A DNA stretch of 38,855 nucleotides from a virus, in IMG/VR virus record IMGVR_UViG_3300001847_000521; one strand, given 5' to 3'. Of this stretch, positions 21,759-30,221 are shown piece by piece (positions within the stretch are counted from its first letter, which is position 1; each line of letters starts with the position of its first letter). The position numbers and the translations under genes were made by a program. Below the pieces are notes generated by a model. That model ran no database searches and was not told the origin of the DNA. It worked only from the letters and a program-made list of their open reading frames with translations.

Positions 21759-23263
21759 CGGCCCGCCCCAGACGCCACATCGAGACGCATCTTACCGACG
21801 CTCCACTCTTCGTCCTTCGTGGCCGTCAGTCGCACGCGAATGTCGCGGCCTGATATACGAGTATCTGTATATCCGTTGCTGCGAGGCGCATAAGGCCCGA
21901 ATGTTCGCTCGGAACCTTCCGGCGTCATGCGGCTGTAGGCGGTGAATGACATCGAGTCGTAGCCATGCCCCGACCCGAGCATTGCCTGGCCGACCTCAAG
22001 AGAGCGGTCACCGTTCCCAGAGGCCACCATGCCGCTTTCAATCCAGACCTGCCCGACCCTTGAACTTCCGGCGTCGAGGTATCCGACTTCGTGGTTGTAA
22101 ATGTTGCCGTCCGAAGTGCCCATGATTGGATATTTGAACGTGCCGGCAGGAAACATCGCAGAGCGGCTCAACCGCGCCCAGTACCAGGCACCGGAGGCGT
22201 AATTATAAATGACGGCTTTGTTGCACTCAGTGCTTCCTGCGGTCGGATAGTAGAACCAGACCTCTGGATAAATTCCGTGGTTCGCTGCAAATGCCCGGTA
22301 TGGCCCGTAAACCGGGTCCATCTCGGTGAAGACGTCATTCGCAATCGGACAGGCCAGCGGAGTGATGACGCCGCCCACATAATTCCAGAAACCGCCCTTG
22401 CCCATCCACGTTGCCGATCCGCTGTGTTCGGCGACACACTTGGGTGACATCAGCGAGCATTCAGCGAGGCGGTCAGCGCCGTAGATGAACGGCAAGCCAA
22501 CATATCGAACGAGGTAGCACTCAGTTTGGCTGAAGACGAGAACGCCTTCACGCACCTTGACCGCGTACAGCAGCGGCGCTTCAGAGCTCACGTCTAAATA
22601 GCCAGCGGTGTTGGTGGTCGAAGCGAAATTCCAATCTTGATAGTTTTCTGCCGAAGACCAGGCGATGCGGCGCGGGTCGCCATTGGCGGCAATAGCCATG
22701 ACGTGTCGTTCTTCCGTGACGATGACTGCGTTATTGCCGGTCGGCGTTGTGCCGGACGTGGCCGTGATTTTCACGGGCGCTGTCGTCGGTGCGTTGATTG
22801 AATAGTAGTAGAGAAAGCCGTCGCTATTGGCAGTCAGGATGACATCCTGGCCCCAGTTGCCCATCGACCAGAACGCATAAGAATTATAAAGGTTTGATGC
22901 CGGGCGCGGTGTGCCGTAGCTGCCGTAGCTGTAAGTGGAAATACCGTAGCCGCCGGACACGCCGATGTTTGAAAGAGGCGTAAATCCGCTCGGGGTGATG
23001 TCCACCCACGCACCCGAATTATCAATGTAGAGCTTATTGTCGGTGCCGATCAGTGTCTGCTTGACTGCAGTGTTGTCGCGCCAGACGTGAATTTCCCTGA
23101 CGGCGCTATCGAGCGAAGATGACGTTGTTCTTTCCCAGCCTCCAATTGGACGCAGTGTGCCATCCTGCCAGCGCACAAGATTGCAGTCCCACCAGCGATC
23201 CGGCGAGTCATAGGGCGTCGCCCCGCGCTGGAGGCCGGGCGGGAGTTGAATTGAGAGTTGCAT
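21755..23263 (-). CDS. Large tail/structural protein (hypothetical, Trp/Tyr/Gly-rich)
   Basis: 502-aa ORF in the tail module. No named motif. Confidence 0.55.
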   Translation of the reverse strand: MQLSIQLPPGLQRGATPYDSPDRWWDCNLVRWQDGTLRPIGGWERTTSSSLDSAVREIHVWRDNTAVKQTLIGTDNKLYIDNSGAWVDITPSGFTPLSNIGVSGGYGISTYSYGSYGTPRPASNLYNSYAFWSMGNWGQDVILTANSDGFLYYYSINAPTTAPVKITATSGTTPTGNNAVIVTEERHVMAIAANGDPRRIAWSSAENYQDWNFASTTNTAGYLDVSSEAPLLYAVKVREGVLVFSQTECYLVRYVGLPFIYGADRLAECSLMSPKCVAEHSGSATWMGKGGFWNYVGGVITPLACPIANDVFTEMDPVYGPYRAFAANHGIYPEVWFYYPTAGSTECNKAVIYNYASGAWYWARLSRSAMFPAGTFKYPIMGTSDGNIYNHEVGYLDAGSSRVGQVWIESGMVASGNGDRSLEVGQAMLGSGHGYDSMSFTAYSRMTPEGSERTFGPYAPRSNGYTDTRISGRDIRVRLTATKDEEWSVGKMRLDVASGAGR

Positions 23264-23266
23264 ATA

Positions 23267-23578
23267 TTACCCCGAGATCAGCTTGGGGCCCGCGCCCGCA
23301 CCGTTAAGCAGAGCGTGCAGCGTGTTGCTATTAGCGTTGACCATCTCGTTCCTGAAAGTCTCAACAGCCGCTCCGGTCTGCCGCGACTGCTGTGCGTTTT
23401 CGATCAGTAGAACCGGAAGCCAGCCAATCGCGCAGCCCCACTCATCGACTTGCTCGTTTGACTGCGGGTTCTTCCCGATAACGCGCGTGAACCACGGGCA
23501 CTTGTGGCACACCTGAGACACATCTTTCTGATGAAGCGGGCAGACCTTGCCCTTATCGGCGTGGGGTATCTGGGCCAT
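23267..23578 (-). CDS. Hypothetical protein with an N-terminal Cys/His cluster
   Basis: Trimmed to Met29 (ATG 23578; TAATG overlap). Contains CPLH...CHKCPW and a hydrophobic WGCAIGWLPVLLI segment. Confidence 0.5.
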   Translation of the reverse strand: MAQIPHADKGKVCPLHQKDVSQVCHKCPWFTRVIGKNPQSNEQVDEWGCAIGWLPVLLIENAQQSRQTGAAVETFRNEMVNANSNTLHALLNGAGAGPKLISG

Positions 23579-24864
23579 TAGTTTTTGCTGGCAAGAATTA
23601 TATCGACATATTGAATGTCTAACGTGAGACCGTGGGTGTGAGATTGACCACCGCCAACCCATGATGTGCTGTCGTCGGCAGCGCCTCCTGAAGTACTTTT
23701 TACGCGAACGCCAGTAACCGCAGAATTTACACCAGCATAAGTACCAGAACCGTTAACCACATTGGCTGCGGCTGAACCAAAATTTTGTTGGGCAAACGGA
23801 TAAAAATTTAATGTATGCGCATGACCCGGATCGTTAATATAAGCGGAATGGCTGTGAACAGGTATTTGATTTGTCGTTAGCGTTGTGGCGGCAACCGCCG
23901 TCTGTGCCATCACCGTTGAGAAAGCGTTTGTACCGCCGCTTGACGCAGTGCCGCTGACAACGCGAAGAATTTTGTCGTTATGCGTCGTCAATTTAGTCCA
24001 GCCGGTCGGGGCGCTGGTTTGAGCAAACAACAGCACTGTGCCGGAAGGAAAGGGTTGTATTCCCGACAAATTTGCGCCATTGCCATAAAACGCTGGCGCA
24101 ATAATATTTCCGCTGCTGTCAATGAAGTTACCGGAGCCCGGCAGCGTCACCGTTCCCGACAGCGTGGGCGAAGCAAGTACCTGGCTAGTAAGCGTCGGCA
24201 GCGTGGCCGTGCCGCTGACCGTCAACGATGACGCGGAGGCATTAGTGGCCGACACCGCAGCGGCGGACACTGTGCCACTCGCGGTTACGCTGGAGCAAGA
24301 AATAGCAGAGCCAGTTATGTTGCCGAGAGTAGCGTTTCCACTGCCATCAATTGACTTTGAACCTGGAAATGTCGTTGTGCCAGTGAGCGCGGCGTTACTG
24401 AGTGTTGGCGATGTGAGCGCCTGACCAGATGGCAGCGTGGCCGAACTGGAAACAACAAGAGATGGGGCCGATACAGTCGCGGCTGAGACGGTGCCGCTTG
24501 CAGTTACACTGGAGCAGGATACGGCAGAGCCCGTGATGTTTCCGAGGATGGCATTGCCAGAATTATCAATAGACTTTGACGAAGGAAGCGTCGTTGTCCC
24601 GGTCAGCGTTGCCCCGCTGATGGTTGGCGAGGTTAAGCCCTGACCGGACGGAAGTGTAGCAGTGCCGGTGACGGCAAGTGTGCCAGCAACCGCGAGCGTG
24701 TTGCCAGAGCCAACCTTCAGCCCGACTGAGGTGCCAGTCCCGTCCGACTTGAAGATGCCGTCGAGAGTGTCAAGGTCGCTATTCAGGTGCGTGCCCCAGC
24801 TATTATTGTCGCTCCCAACCTCGGGCTTGGTCAGGTTGAGATTTGTGGTGTATGCGTTCGCCAT
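23578..24864 (-). CDS. Tail fibre with a C-terminal phage tail-collar domain
   Basis: N-terminus NLNLTKPEVGSDNNSWGTHLNSDLDTLD. A tandem 73-aa Ser/Thr-rich duplication. C-terminus GTVLLFAQTSAPTGWTKL...HSH...GHAHT. Confidence 0.8.
   Translation of the reverse strand: MANAYTTNLNLTKPEVGSDNNSWGTHLNSDLDTLDGIFKSDGTGTSVGLKVGSGNTLAVAGTLAVTGTATLPSGQGLTSPTISGATLTGTTTLPSSKSIDNSGNAILGNITGSAVSCSSVTASGTVSAATVSAPSLVVSSSATLPSGQALTSPTLSNAALTGTTTFPGSKSIDGSGNATLGNITGSAISCSSVTASGTVSAAAVSATNASASSLTVSGTATLPTLTSQVLASPTLSGTVTLPGSGNFIDSSGNIIAPAFYGNGANLSGIQPFPSGTVLLFAQTSAPTGWTKLTTHNDKILRVVSGTASSGGTNAFSTVMAQTAVAATTLTTNQIPVHSHSAYINDPGHAHTLNFYPFAQQNFGSAAANVVNGSGTYAGVNSAVTGVRVKSTSGGAADDSTSWVGGGQSHTHGLTLDIQYVDIILASKN
24223..24660 (-). 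repeat. Tandem 219-nt (73-aa) in-frame duplication in the tail-fibre gene
   Basis: Residues 69-141 and 142-214 align along their whole length (ATLPSGQ.LTSPT.S.A.LTGTTT.P.SKSID.SGNA.LGNITGSA.SCSSVTASGTVSAA.VSA). Confidence 0.8.
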
Positions 24865-25827
24865 TTAACAATTTCCCTTGCGCCAGTCGGCGCTTTCTGA
24901 CGGCGCTTCCTTTGTCCAGTTTGAAGCTGTTGCCTGTTGTTTTCCCCAGCTTGCCGTCGCGCTCGACGGCGTAGACCAAGAAGCTGAGGGTCGAGAAACG
25001 TTTTCACGCACCACAATGACGCCGCCGATGCCAGCGCCGACAAACGTCCCGACGGCTGACGTGACCGCCTGACCGGGCCACGTTTCCTGCCAATCCGCAA
25101 GTATTCTGTTAATTAGCCGGTACGGAATAATCAGCAGGCACGTCACGCAGGACGCCACGATCTGCTTGGCAATCACACGGGACGGAAACGAAACCAACGT
25201 CAGGCAGGCGGCTATAACGCGCTTGCTGACCAGACGTAATGCCGTAGTCGCTGACACACTGGTAAGAGTGACGCGCTTGCTGATGGCCTTGGCTGGCAGC
25301 GTCACCGCGCCATTCAGCGACGTGACAACGATCTTGCCTGCCGTTTTGACAACGAGGCTCGCGGAACCACACGAAGCGGCAATTGTATGCCTTGCCGACT
25401 TCAGAGCGAGGACCGACCCGGCGCACGAGACGCCGATGGCGTGAGTTGCGGCCTTGACCGCCACTACAGCCCCGGAACTGGCAATCGCGACAATCTTCCC
25501 GACAGCTTTCGGTGGGAAGGTCACCGCACTCGACAGCGACGCGGCTACAATCTTCCCTGCCCTGTTGACCGTAGCCGTCGCGGTCGTTGAGGTCAGCGCA
25601 ATCGAATGGCTGGCCCGCTTGACAGCGACGACACTTCCTAAACACGACACCGCAACCGCGCGGGTCGCTGCCTTGATGGCCGTTACCGCTCCAGCACAGG
25701 CAACCGCGATATACTTAGACGAGGCCCTGAGCTGCGAGATGGCCGAGGCGCAGGCCGCAGATATAGCCTGCTTAAAAATCGTCGTGGATTTGCCGCCAAT
25801 GTCTGCGCCGATGTAGGGCCCGATCAT
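24865..25827 (-). CDS. Repeat protein: about 11-12 tandem 18/19-aa units plus a Trp/Ser-rich C-terminus
   Basis: Example units: SKYIAVACAGAVTAIKAA, TRAVAVSCLGSVVAVKRA, THAIGVSCAGSVLALKSA, GKIVVTSLNGAVTLPAKAI. The gene abuts the tail-fibre start (TAAATG). Confidence 0.6.
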   Translation of the reverse strand: MIGPYIGADIGGKSTTIFKQAISAACASAISQLRASSKYIAVACAGAVTAIKAATRAVAVSCLGSVVAVKRASHSIALTSTTATATVNRAGKIVAASLSSAVTFPPKAVGKIVAIASSGAVVAVKAATHAIGVSCAGSVLALKSARHTIAASCGSASLVVKTAGKIVVTSLNGAVTLPAKAISKRVTLTSVSATTALRLVSKRVIAACLTLVSFPSRVIAKQIVASCVTCLLIIPYRLINRILADWQETWPGQAVTSAVGTFVGAGIGGVIVVRENVSRPSASWSTPSSATASWGKQQATASNWTKEAPSESADWRKGNC

Positions 25828-25839
25828 GGCGGCTCACAA

Positions 25840-26172
25840 TTAAGCCGCCCAAGGCACGGGCGGGCTGATTACGGGCGGGTTGATTTGGTTCTGGATTTGA
25901 CCGTCGAGGTTCGATTTGAATTGCGCAACCTGCTCTTCGCCAAGCGCAGCCTCGACCCAGCCGACGACCTGATCTTTCGTGAGGTCGGCATAAGCAGTGA
26001 ACGGCGCACCGGCTTCGTAGGTCACGCCGACGCTGCCATAGACGGTGGCGTTGTGGCCCGCGCCATCGTCGGCATTCAGCCGCCAGTGGACGGTGAACAC
26101 AACGTCGCTCTGGCCCTCGGCCTGCGGATAGCAGTCCATGCGCTCGATCTGCCAAGTGTAAGCGTTAGACAT
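25840..26172 (-). CDS. Hypothetical tail-module protein
   Basis: 110-aa ORF with compact, acidic composition. No named motif. Confidence 0.5.
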   Translation of the reverse strand: MSNAYTWQIERMDCYPQAEGQSDVVFTVHWRLNADDGAGHNATVYGSVGVTYEAGAPFTAYADLTKDQVVGWVEAALGEEQVAQFKSNLDGQIQNQINPPVISPPVPWAA

Positions 26173-26311
26173 TTGCTTCCTCCTTCTGTGTTACTTGCGC
26201 CTGCGCCTGCTCGCGAATTTTCTGCACAAGCTCAAACACCTGCGCGTATGGCGCGGCACCAAGCGCCTGCATGATGAGGTTGATTTCATTGATGGTCAGA
26301 TCGAGTTTCAT
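26165..26311 (-). CDS. 48-aa hypothetical helical protein
   Basis: Not in the track. ATGA overlap with the fibre stop, and its own stop overlaps the next ATG. Sequence: MKLDLTINEINLIMQALGAAPYAQVFELVQKIREQAQAQVTQKEEANV. Confidence 0.4.
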   Translation of the reverse strand: MKLDLTINEINLIMQALGAAPYAQVFELVQKIREQAQAQVTQKEEANV

Positions 26312-27999
26312 GGATGCGCTGCCTTGTAGGCGTCGAACTCGGCTTTGAGTTCTTTTATGGCGGCGACAAGAAGCGGAATGAGCTTGCTGTCTGCAATACC
26401 CAAAAATTCTTCTTCAGTATCATCCGGCAGTCTACAAGTGTTCGCCTTGACCACTTGATCGGCATACGGAACATCTGCCAACGCGGTTTTTGTGTCTTGA
26501 GCAATGAAACCAACATCCGTTTGCCCAACAGGGAAATTGTGAACCGGATGCTGTTTCCAAGTAAATGTCGCTGGTTTTAAATTTGAAATCAGAGATAGCG
26601 CATTTTTTACGTCTGCGACGTTTTCCTTATAGCGACCATCGGACGTGGCGATTGTAGCATTGGTTGCGTAAATCTGGCTGTTGACTTGAAGTTTATATGA
26701 GCCATTGGATGACGTATACCCCACCAGCAGGTTGCCGCTGGTGTCGATGCGCATAGCTTCAGTGCGCTGCGGCTTAAATATAACCTGCCCTAAACCATCA
26801 ATGGTGAATACGGGATAATAACCAGCCGCAGTTCCATTCCACCCCATGGCGGCTTCAAAAATTGTGGAAGCTGTAGCAGCCCAAGCATTCATTACACTCA
26901 AGCCATTACTGCCTGCGGAATTTGTGTTTTGCTGAATGCGAGCCAACCACGTTCCAGAAGAAGAATAAGTAGTTCCGTTTTTAACATCCAATAAAGATTG
27001 AGGCGAACTCGTCCCAATTCCGACGTTGCCGCTGCTGTCGATGCGCATGCGTTCGGCACTATTGGTATTAAACCGCAAAGCATTAGCACCGCTGCAATCA
27101 ATTTGAGCCAAACCACCACTATTTTGTGCAGGATTAAAACTTAAAGTGTTTCCTCCAGTAGAAGTATCGGTCAAACCAAAACTGCAAGAACCATTATTGG
27201 ATACAACAAGAGGTCTACCCGGCGAACTCGTCCCGATGCCGACGTTGCCGGACGTGTCCTTATAAAATTGTCCGCTGCCAATGTTGACGACAGACGTATC
27301 GCCCGTGAACCCATTGATTGCGGGATTGGTCAGCGTCTTATTCGTCAGCGTGTCGGTCGTCGCCCTTCCAACAAGCGTATCAGTCGAAGTCGGTAGGGTA
27401 AGCGTTCCGGTGTTGGTGATGCTGCTGATAACCGGCGTCGTCAGCGTTGCCGACGTGTCCAGCACGACCTTACCAGTTCCGGTCTTGTCTGAAATGGCCG
27501 TGCCGTTGATTTTAAAGACATTGCCCGTGCCAGCGGTGTCGTAAGTCTTGTTCGTCAGCGTATCAGTCGTCGCCCTTCCAACAAGTGTATCGGTAGCTGT
27601 CGGGAGAGTAATAGTACCGGTGTTGCTTATTGAGCCAATAACCGGCGTCGTCAGCGTCTTGTTGGTTAGTGTCTGCGTCAGGTCAGTTCCAACCTGCTTT
27701 GCCGCCGGAATGTCGTTGGTGATGTCTTTATTACCAGAAGAGAAGTTGACCGTGCTGTTTGAATTAGACGACGCCACAACAGTATCGCGCACCAGCGTCG
27801 TCGCGTCTGACATATGACCAGTGCCAACCTCCCACTCAGCAGCATTCTGATTGCTGATGAAGTAGTCGAACACATTAGTCGTCGTGCCAGTTCCAAACGC
27901 GCCAGCGAACGACTGCTTGCCGTTCACGGTCGACAGGGTGAGGTTGCCCGTTCCCGTCGTCGTGGTGGACTGGTGGACTAGATTGGCCGGTGCTGGCAT
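26308..27999 (-). CDS. Tail fibre with a C-terminal S74-type intramolecular chaperone domain
   Basis: 563 aa, Thr/Ser/Asn-rich shaft with a repeated TDTLVGRATTDTLTNKT block. C-terminal SDGRYKENVADV...LIPLLVAAIKELK. Confidence 0.8.
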   Translation of the reverse strand: MPAPANLVHQSTTTTGTGNLTLSTVNGKQSFAGAFGTGTTTNVFDYFISNQNAAEWEVGTGHMSDATTLVRDTVVASSNSNSTVNFSSGNKDITNDIPAAKQVGTDLTQTLTNKTLTTPVIGSISNTGTITLPTATDTLVGRATTDTLTNKTYDTAGTGNVFKINGTAISDKTGTGKVVLDTSATLTTPVISSITNTGTLTLPTSTDTLVGRATTDTLTNKTLTNPAINGFTGDTSVVNIGSGQFYKDTSGNVGIGTSSPGRPLVVSNNGSCSFGLTDTSTGGNTLSFNPAQNSGGLAQIDCSGANALRFNTNSAERMRIDSSGNVGIGTSSPQSLLDVKNGTTYSSSGTWLARIQQNTNSAGSNGLSVMNAWAATASTIFEAAMGWNGTAAGYYPVFTIDGLGQVIFKPQRTEAMRIDTSGNLLVGYTSSNGSYKLQVNSQIYATNATIATSDGRYKENVADVKNALSLISNLKPATFTWKQHPVHNFPVGQTDVGFIAQDTKTALADVPYADQVVKANTCRLPDDTEEEFLGIADSKLIPLLVAAIKELKAEFDAYKAAHP

Positions 28000-28008
28000 C
28001 TGATTGCC

Positions 28009-28386
28009 TTAAGAGAAGGTGGTCTTGACGGTGAACTGAATGCTGTCGTTGGCGCTCAGGTTGATGACGCTAAAGTCACCGTAGATGTCCATATTTCCGC
28101 CGGTCGGTGGCGAGCCAGACCCTGTCGCATCAAATGCGCCAATTTCAGTGATTGCGCGTGAGCCAGCCGCCGTGATGGTCGCGACAAGCTGCAAGCAATC
28201 GTTAGAAACCGTCGTCGTCTGCTGCGACGCCGTTGCCAGCACACGCGCCTCGGTGGTTGAGGTCGTGGTGACGACGTTGGCTGACGCCGCAGCCGCACTG
28301 CCAGTACCCCACTGGAGATACCAGCTAATACCAGAAAGCGTGGACGTGATGCGGTCCAGGCCCTTGTTTTGAACACGAGCGGTCAT
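28009..28386 (-). CDS. Hypothetical virion protein
   Basis: Trimmed to Met23 (ATG 28386, AGGAG upstream). 125 aa, Thr/Ser/Ala-rich. Confidence 0.5.
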   Translation of the reverse strand: MTARVQNKGLDRITSTLSGISWYLQWGTGSAAAASANVVTTTSTTEARVLATASQQTTTVSNDCLQLVATITAAGSRAITEIGAFDATGSGSPPTGGNMDIYGDFSVINLSANDSIQFTVKTTFS

Positions 28387-28547
28387 TGAAAAAATCTCCT
28401 GATTTTTAGGTAGGCGTTCACGGCGTAATGCTTGAGCGGGTTTTTGGCCCAATACGCCACGAGGCCCTTCTTTTCGGTGCGACCGTTGGCCCGTATGACC
28501 GTTGCGTAGATCGCGGTGGTTTTGGCTTTAGTTGCCACGTTAATCAT
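28383..28547 (-). CDS. 54-aa basic hypothetical protein
   Basis: Not in the track. TAATG overlap upstream and ATGA overlap downstream. Sequence begins MINVATKAKTTAIYATVIRANGRTEKKGLVAYWAKNPLKHYAV... Confidence 0.4.
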   Translation of the reverse strand: MINVATKAKTTAIYATVIRANGRTEKKGLVAYWAKNPLKHYAVNAYLKIRRFFQ

Positions 28548-29191
28548 TAGAACGACCTCTTTCGAGCAATCAACGATGTCGTCGGCCGCATTGCGCGCTC
28601 GTTATCCGCCTGAAGATTAGCCACGGCGGCCTGGTATCCGGCGCCCCACACGTTCGCCCTCTCGTCGTTTTTGAGATATGGCGCGGCGTGCAGGAGTGAG
28701 CCGTATAAATAAATGTCGGGTGATTTGGTCAGCAGCCAATTGGTCGGCTCGCTCGTCGAGAGCGCCGGCACTGACGCATAATACGTTAACGTCAGCGGCA
28801 GACTATCCGGCGGCGTCGGGACCAGGTCGAGGTAATTTCCGAAAAGCGTGAAGTAGCGCGTCTGGCCGCCCGAACTCTGCGGGAGCGTCTTCTTGTATCG
28901 CTTCATCTCGTCGATGCCGACGTACTGCAGCGGAGGATTGACGTTCGCGTCTGGCGGATACGTCTGTTCGAGCGAGTAGAGCTCAAGGAAGTCGCTCGGC
29001 AGTGGGACGACCTCTCCGCTTGACCCGGCCCACGTCAGATCGGCCCTCGTAAGCATGTCTCGGACGCGCAGCGTGCGATTTACGCTTGCCTCGACGAGAG
29101 AGACGAACGTCGGAATGACAGACGTGAGATCGTCTCGGTTCAGCCAGTCGGCGACCGCCGATTTCAGGTCTGCGTAGGTGCTAATCGCCAT
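28547..29191 (-). CDS. Conserved phage structural protein, putative head-tail adaptor
   Basis: The N-terminus YADLKSAVADWLNRDDLTSVIPTFVSLVEASVNRTLRVRDM matches a widespread adaptor-like family as I recall it. Confidence 0.5.
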   Translation of the reverse strand: MAISTYADLKSAVADWLNRDDLTSVIPTFVSLVEASVNRTLRVRDMLTRADLTWAGSSGEVVPLPSDFLELYSLEQTYPPDANVNPPLQYVGIDEMKRYKKTLPQSSGGQTRYFTLFGNYLDLVPTPPDSLPLTLTYYASVPALSTSEPTNWLLTKSPDIYLYGSLLHAAPYLKNDERANVWGAGYQAAVANLQADNERAMRPTTSLIARKRSF

Positions 29192-29891
29192 TCGTCTCGT
29201 CCCACTCCGGGGTCATGTCGAAGGAAAACTCGAGCGTGCCGGCGTGTTTGACGTCTTTTGACAGATCGTGGTCGATCAGGACGTCGAAGCCGGCCTTTGT
29301 CGCGTTCATCCCGAAATACATGTCCTCGCCGCTGTATTGTCCGCTCGCCGGCGAGTAGCCGATCATGTGATATGGCGCCTTCAGCGCCTCGTAGACCTCT
29401 TTCCGGACGAGCATGCAGCCCATGCCGGTGGCCTGGACCCTTTCGAGGCCCGTGCTGTCCTTTTTCGTCCACACTCGCTCAAGTTTCGCAAAATCGGAAA
29501 AGGCAACCGGCTTGAACGGAGGCCGGCGAGTCGTGTAATTCGCAGCCACGATCGGCTTGTCGTGCGCCAGCAGCCGATCGAGCGCGTCTTTTGGGAAGCG
29601 CATGTCGGCATCGAGCCACAGCACCGCGTCGCAGTCGGATTTCAGGGCTTCTTTGACAAGAACGTCGCGCTGATCTGCGATTAGGGTGCCGCGATGATTG
29701 AAAAGCATCAGCGCGTCGCGCAATTCTCGCTCAGTTCCGCACCTTGTCGCACTGTAGTGCGACATCATCCGCGCGAGATCGAAGCAAAATCCAGCCTTGA
29801 CGTCGTCTTGGGACGGTATGCAGATCGCGATCTTCAATGGCTCCTCAAACGGTGACGTTTTTCGTCTTGAAGACGCGATTGTCCGCGTCAT
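29181..29891 (-). CDS. GT-A fold (family-2-like) glycosyltransferase
   Basis: KIAICIPS...DAVLWLDADMRFPKDALDRLL gives an N-terminal Rossmann strand plus a DxD (DAD) motif. The ATG at 29891 overlaps the upstream gene by 47 nt; an alternative TTG is at 29837. Confidence 0.7.
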   Translation of the reverse strand: MTRTIASSRRKTSPFEEPLKIAICIPSQDDVKAGFCFDLARMMSHYSATRCGTERELRDALMLFNHRGTLIADQRDVLVKEALKSDCDAVLWLDADMRFPKDALDRLLAHDKPIVAANYTTRRPPFKPVAFSDFAKLERVWTKKDSTGLERVQATGMGCMLVRKEVYEALKAPYHMIGYSPASGQYSGEDMYFGMNATKAGFDVLIDHDLSKDVKHAGTLEFSFDMTPEWDETNGD

Positions 29892-30153
29892 TCAGCCAGC
29901 GTTTCATCGCGGCCTGGTCGCGCGTGATCCCTTTTTTCTCAAGATCGCGCCACACCGTCAGCGGAATAGACGCGACCTTGTGGAAAATGTTCTTGTCGCC
30001 GAAGCGTTTGTCGCTGTCGTTGAATTGAGCACGATTAAAGTCAGTGATCGGCGCCACATTCTGCTCTGCCGTGATCGTCGCGATGCCGTCCTCTGAATAG
30101 AAAACGTGCGAGATGCCGCTGAGCGGGTCGTGATCGATAACCTTTCGAAACAT
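29845..30153 (-). CDS. Hypothetical head-module protein
   Basis: 102 aa. GGAGG lies 4 nt upstream of the ATG at 30153. It is the first gene after the capsid terminator. Confidence 0.55.
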   Translation of the reverse strand: MFRKVIDHDPLSGISHVFYSEDGIATITAEQNVAPITDFNRAQFNDSDKRFGDKNIFHKVASIPLTVWRDLEKKGITRDQAAMKRWLNDADNRVFKTKNVTV

Positions 30154-30162
30154 CGTGCCTCC

Positions 30163-30195
30163 AAAAACGTGAGGGCGGCCACTTGGGCCGCCCTC
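30163..30195 (-). terminator. Rho-independent terminator downstream of the major capsid gene
   Basis: A perfect 10-bp stem GAGGGCGGCC / GGCCGCCCTC (30171-30180 / 30186-30195) with a 5-nt loop is followed on the minus strand by ACGTTTTTGG. Confidence 0.65.
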
Positions 30196-30221
30196 TTCTT
30201 GTCGTCGTAGCGTTTTTGCGC

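Noticed and set aside
23578-27999. Diversity-generating retroelement (template/variable repeat pairs) in the tail fibres
   Set aside because: The paired repeats are in-frame tandem duplications within the same gene. Their differences are not adenine-specific by eye, and no reverse transcriptase ORF exists in the genome.
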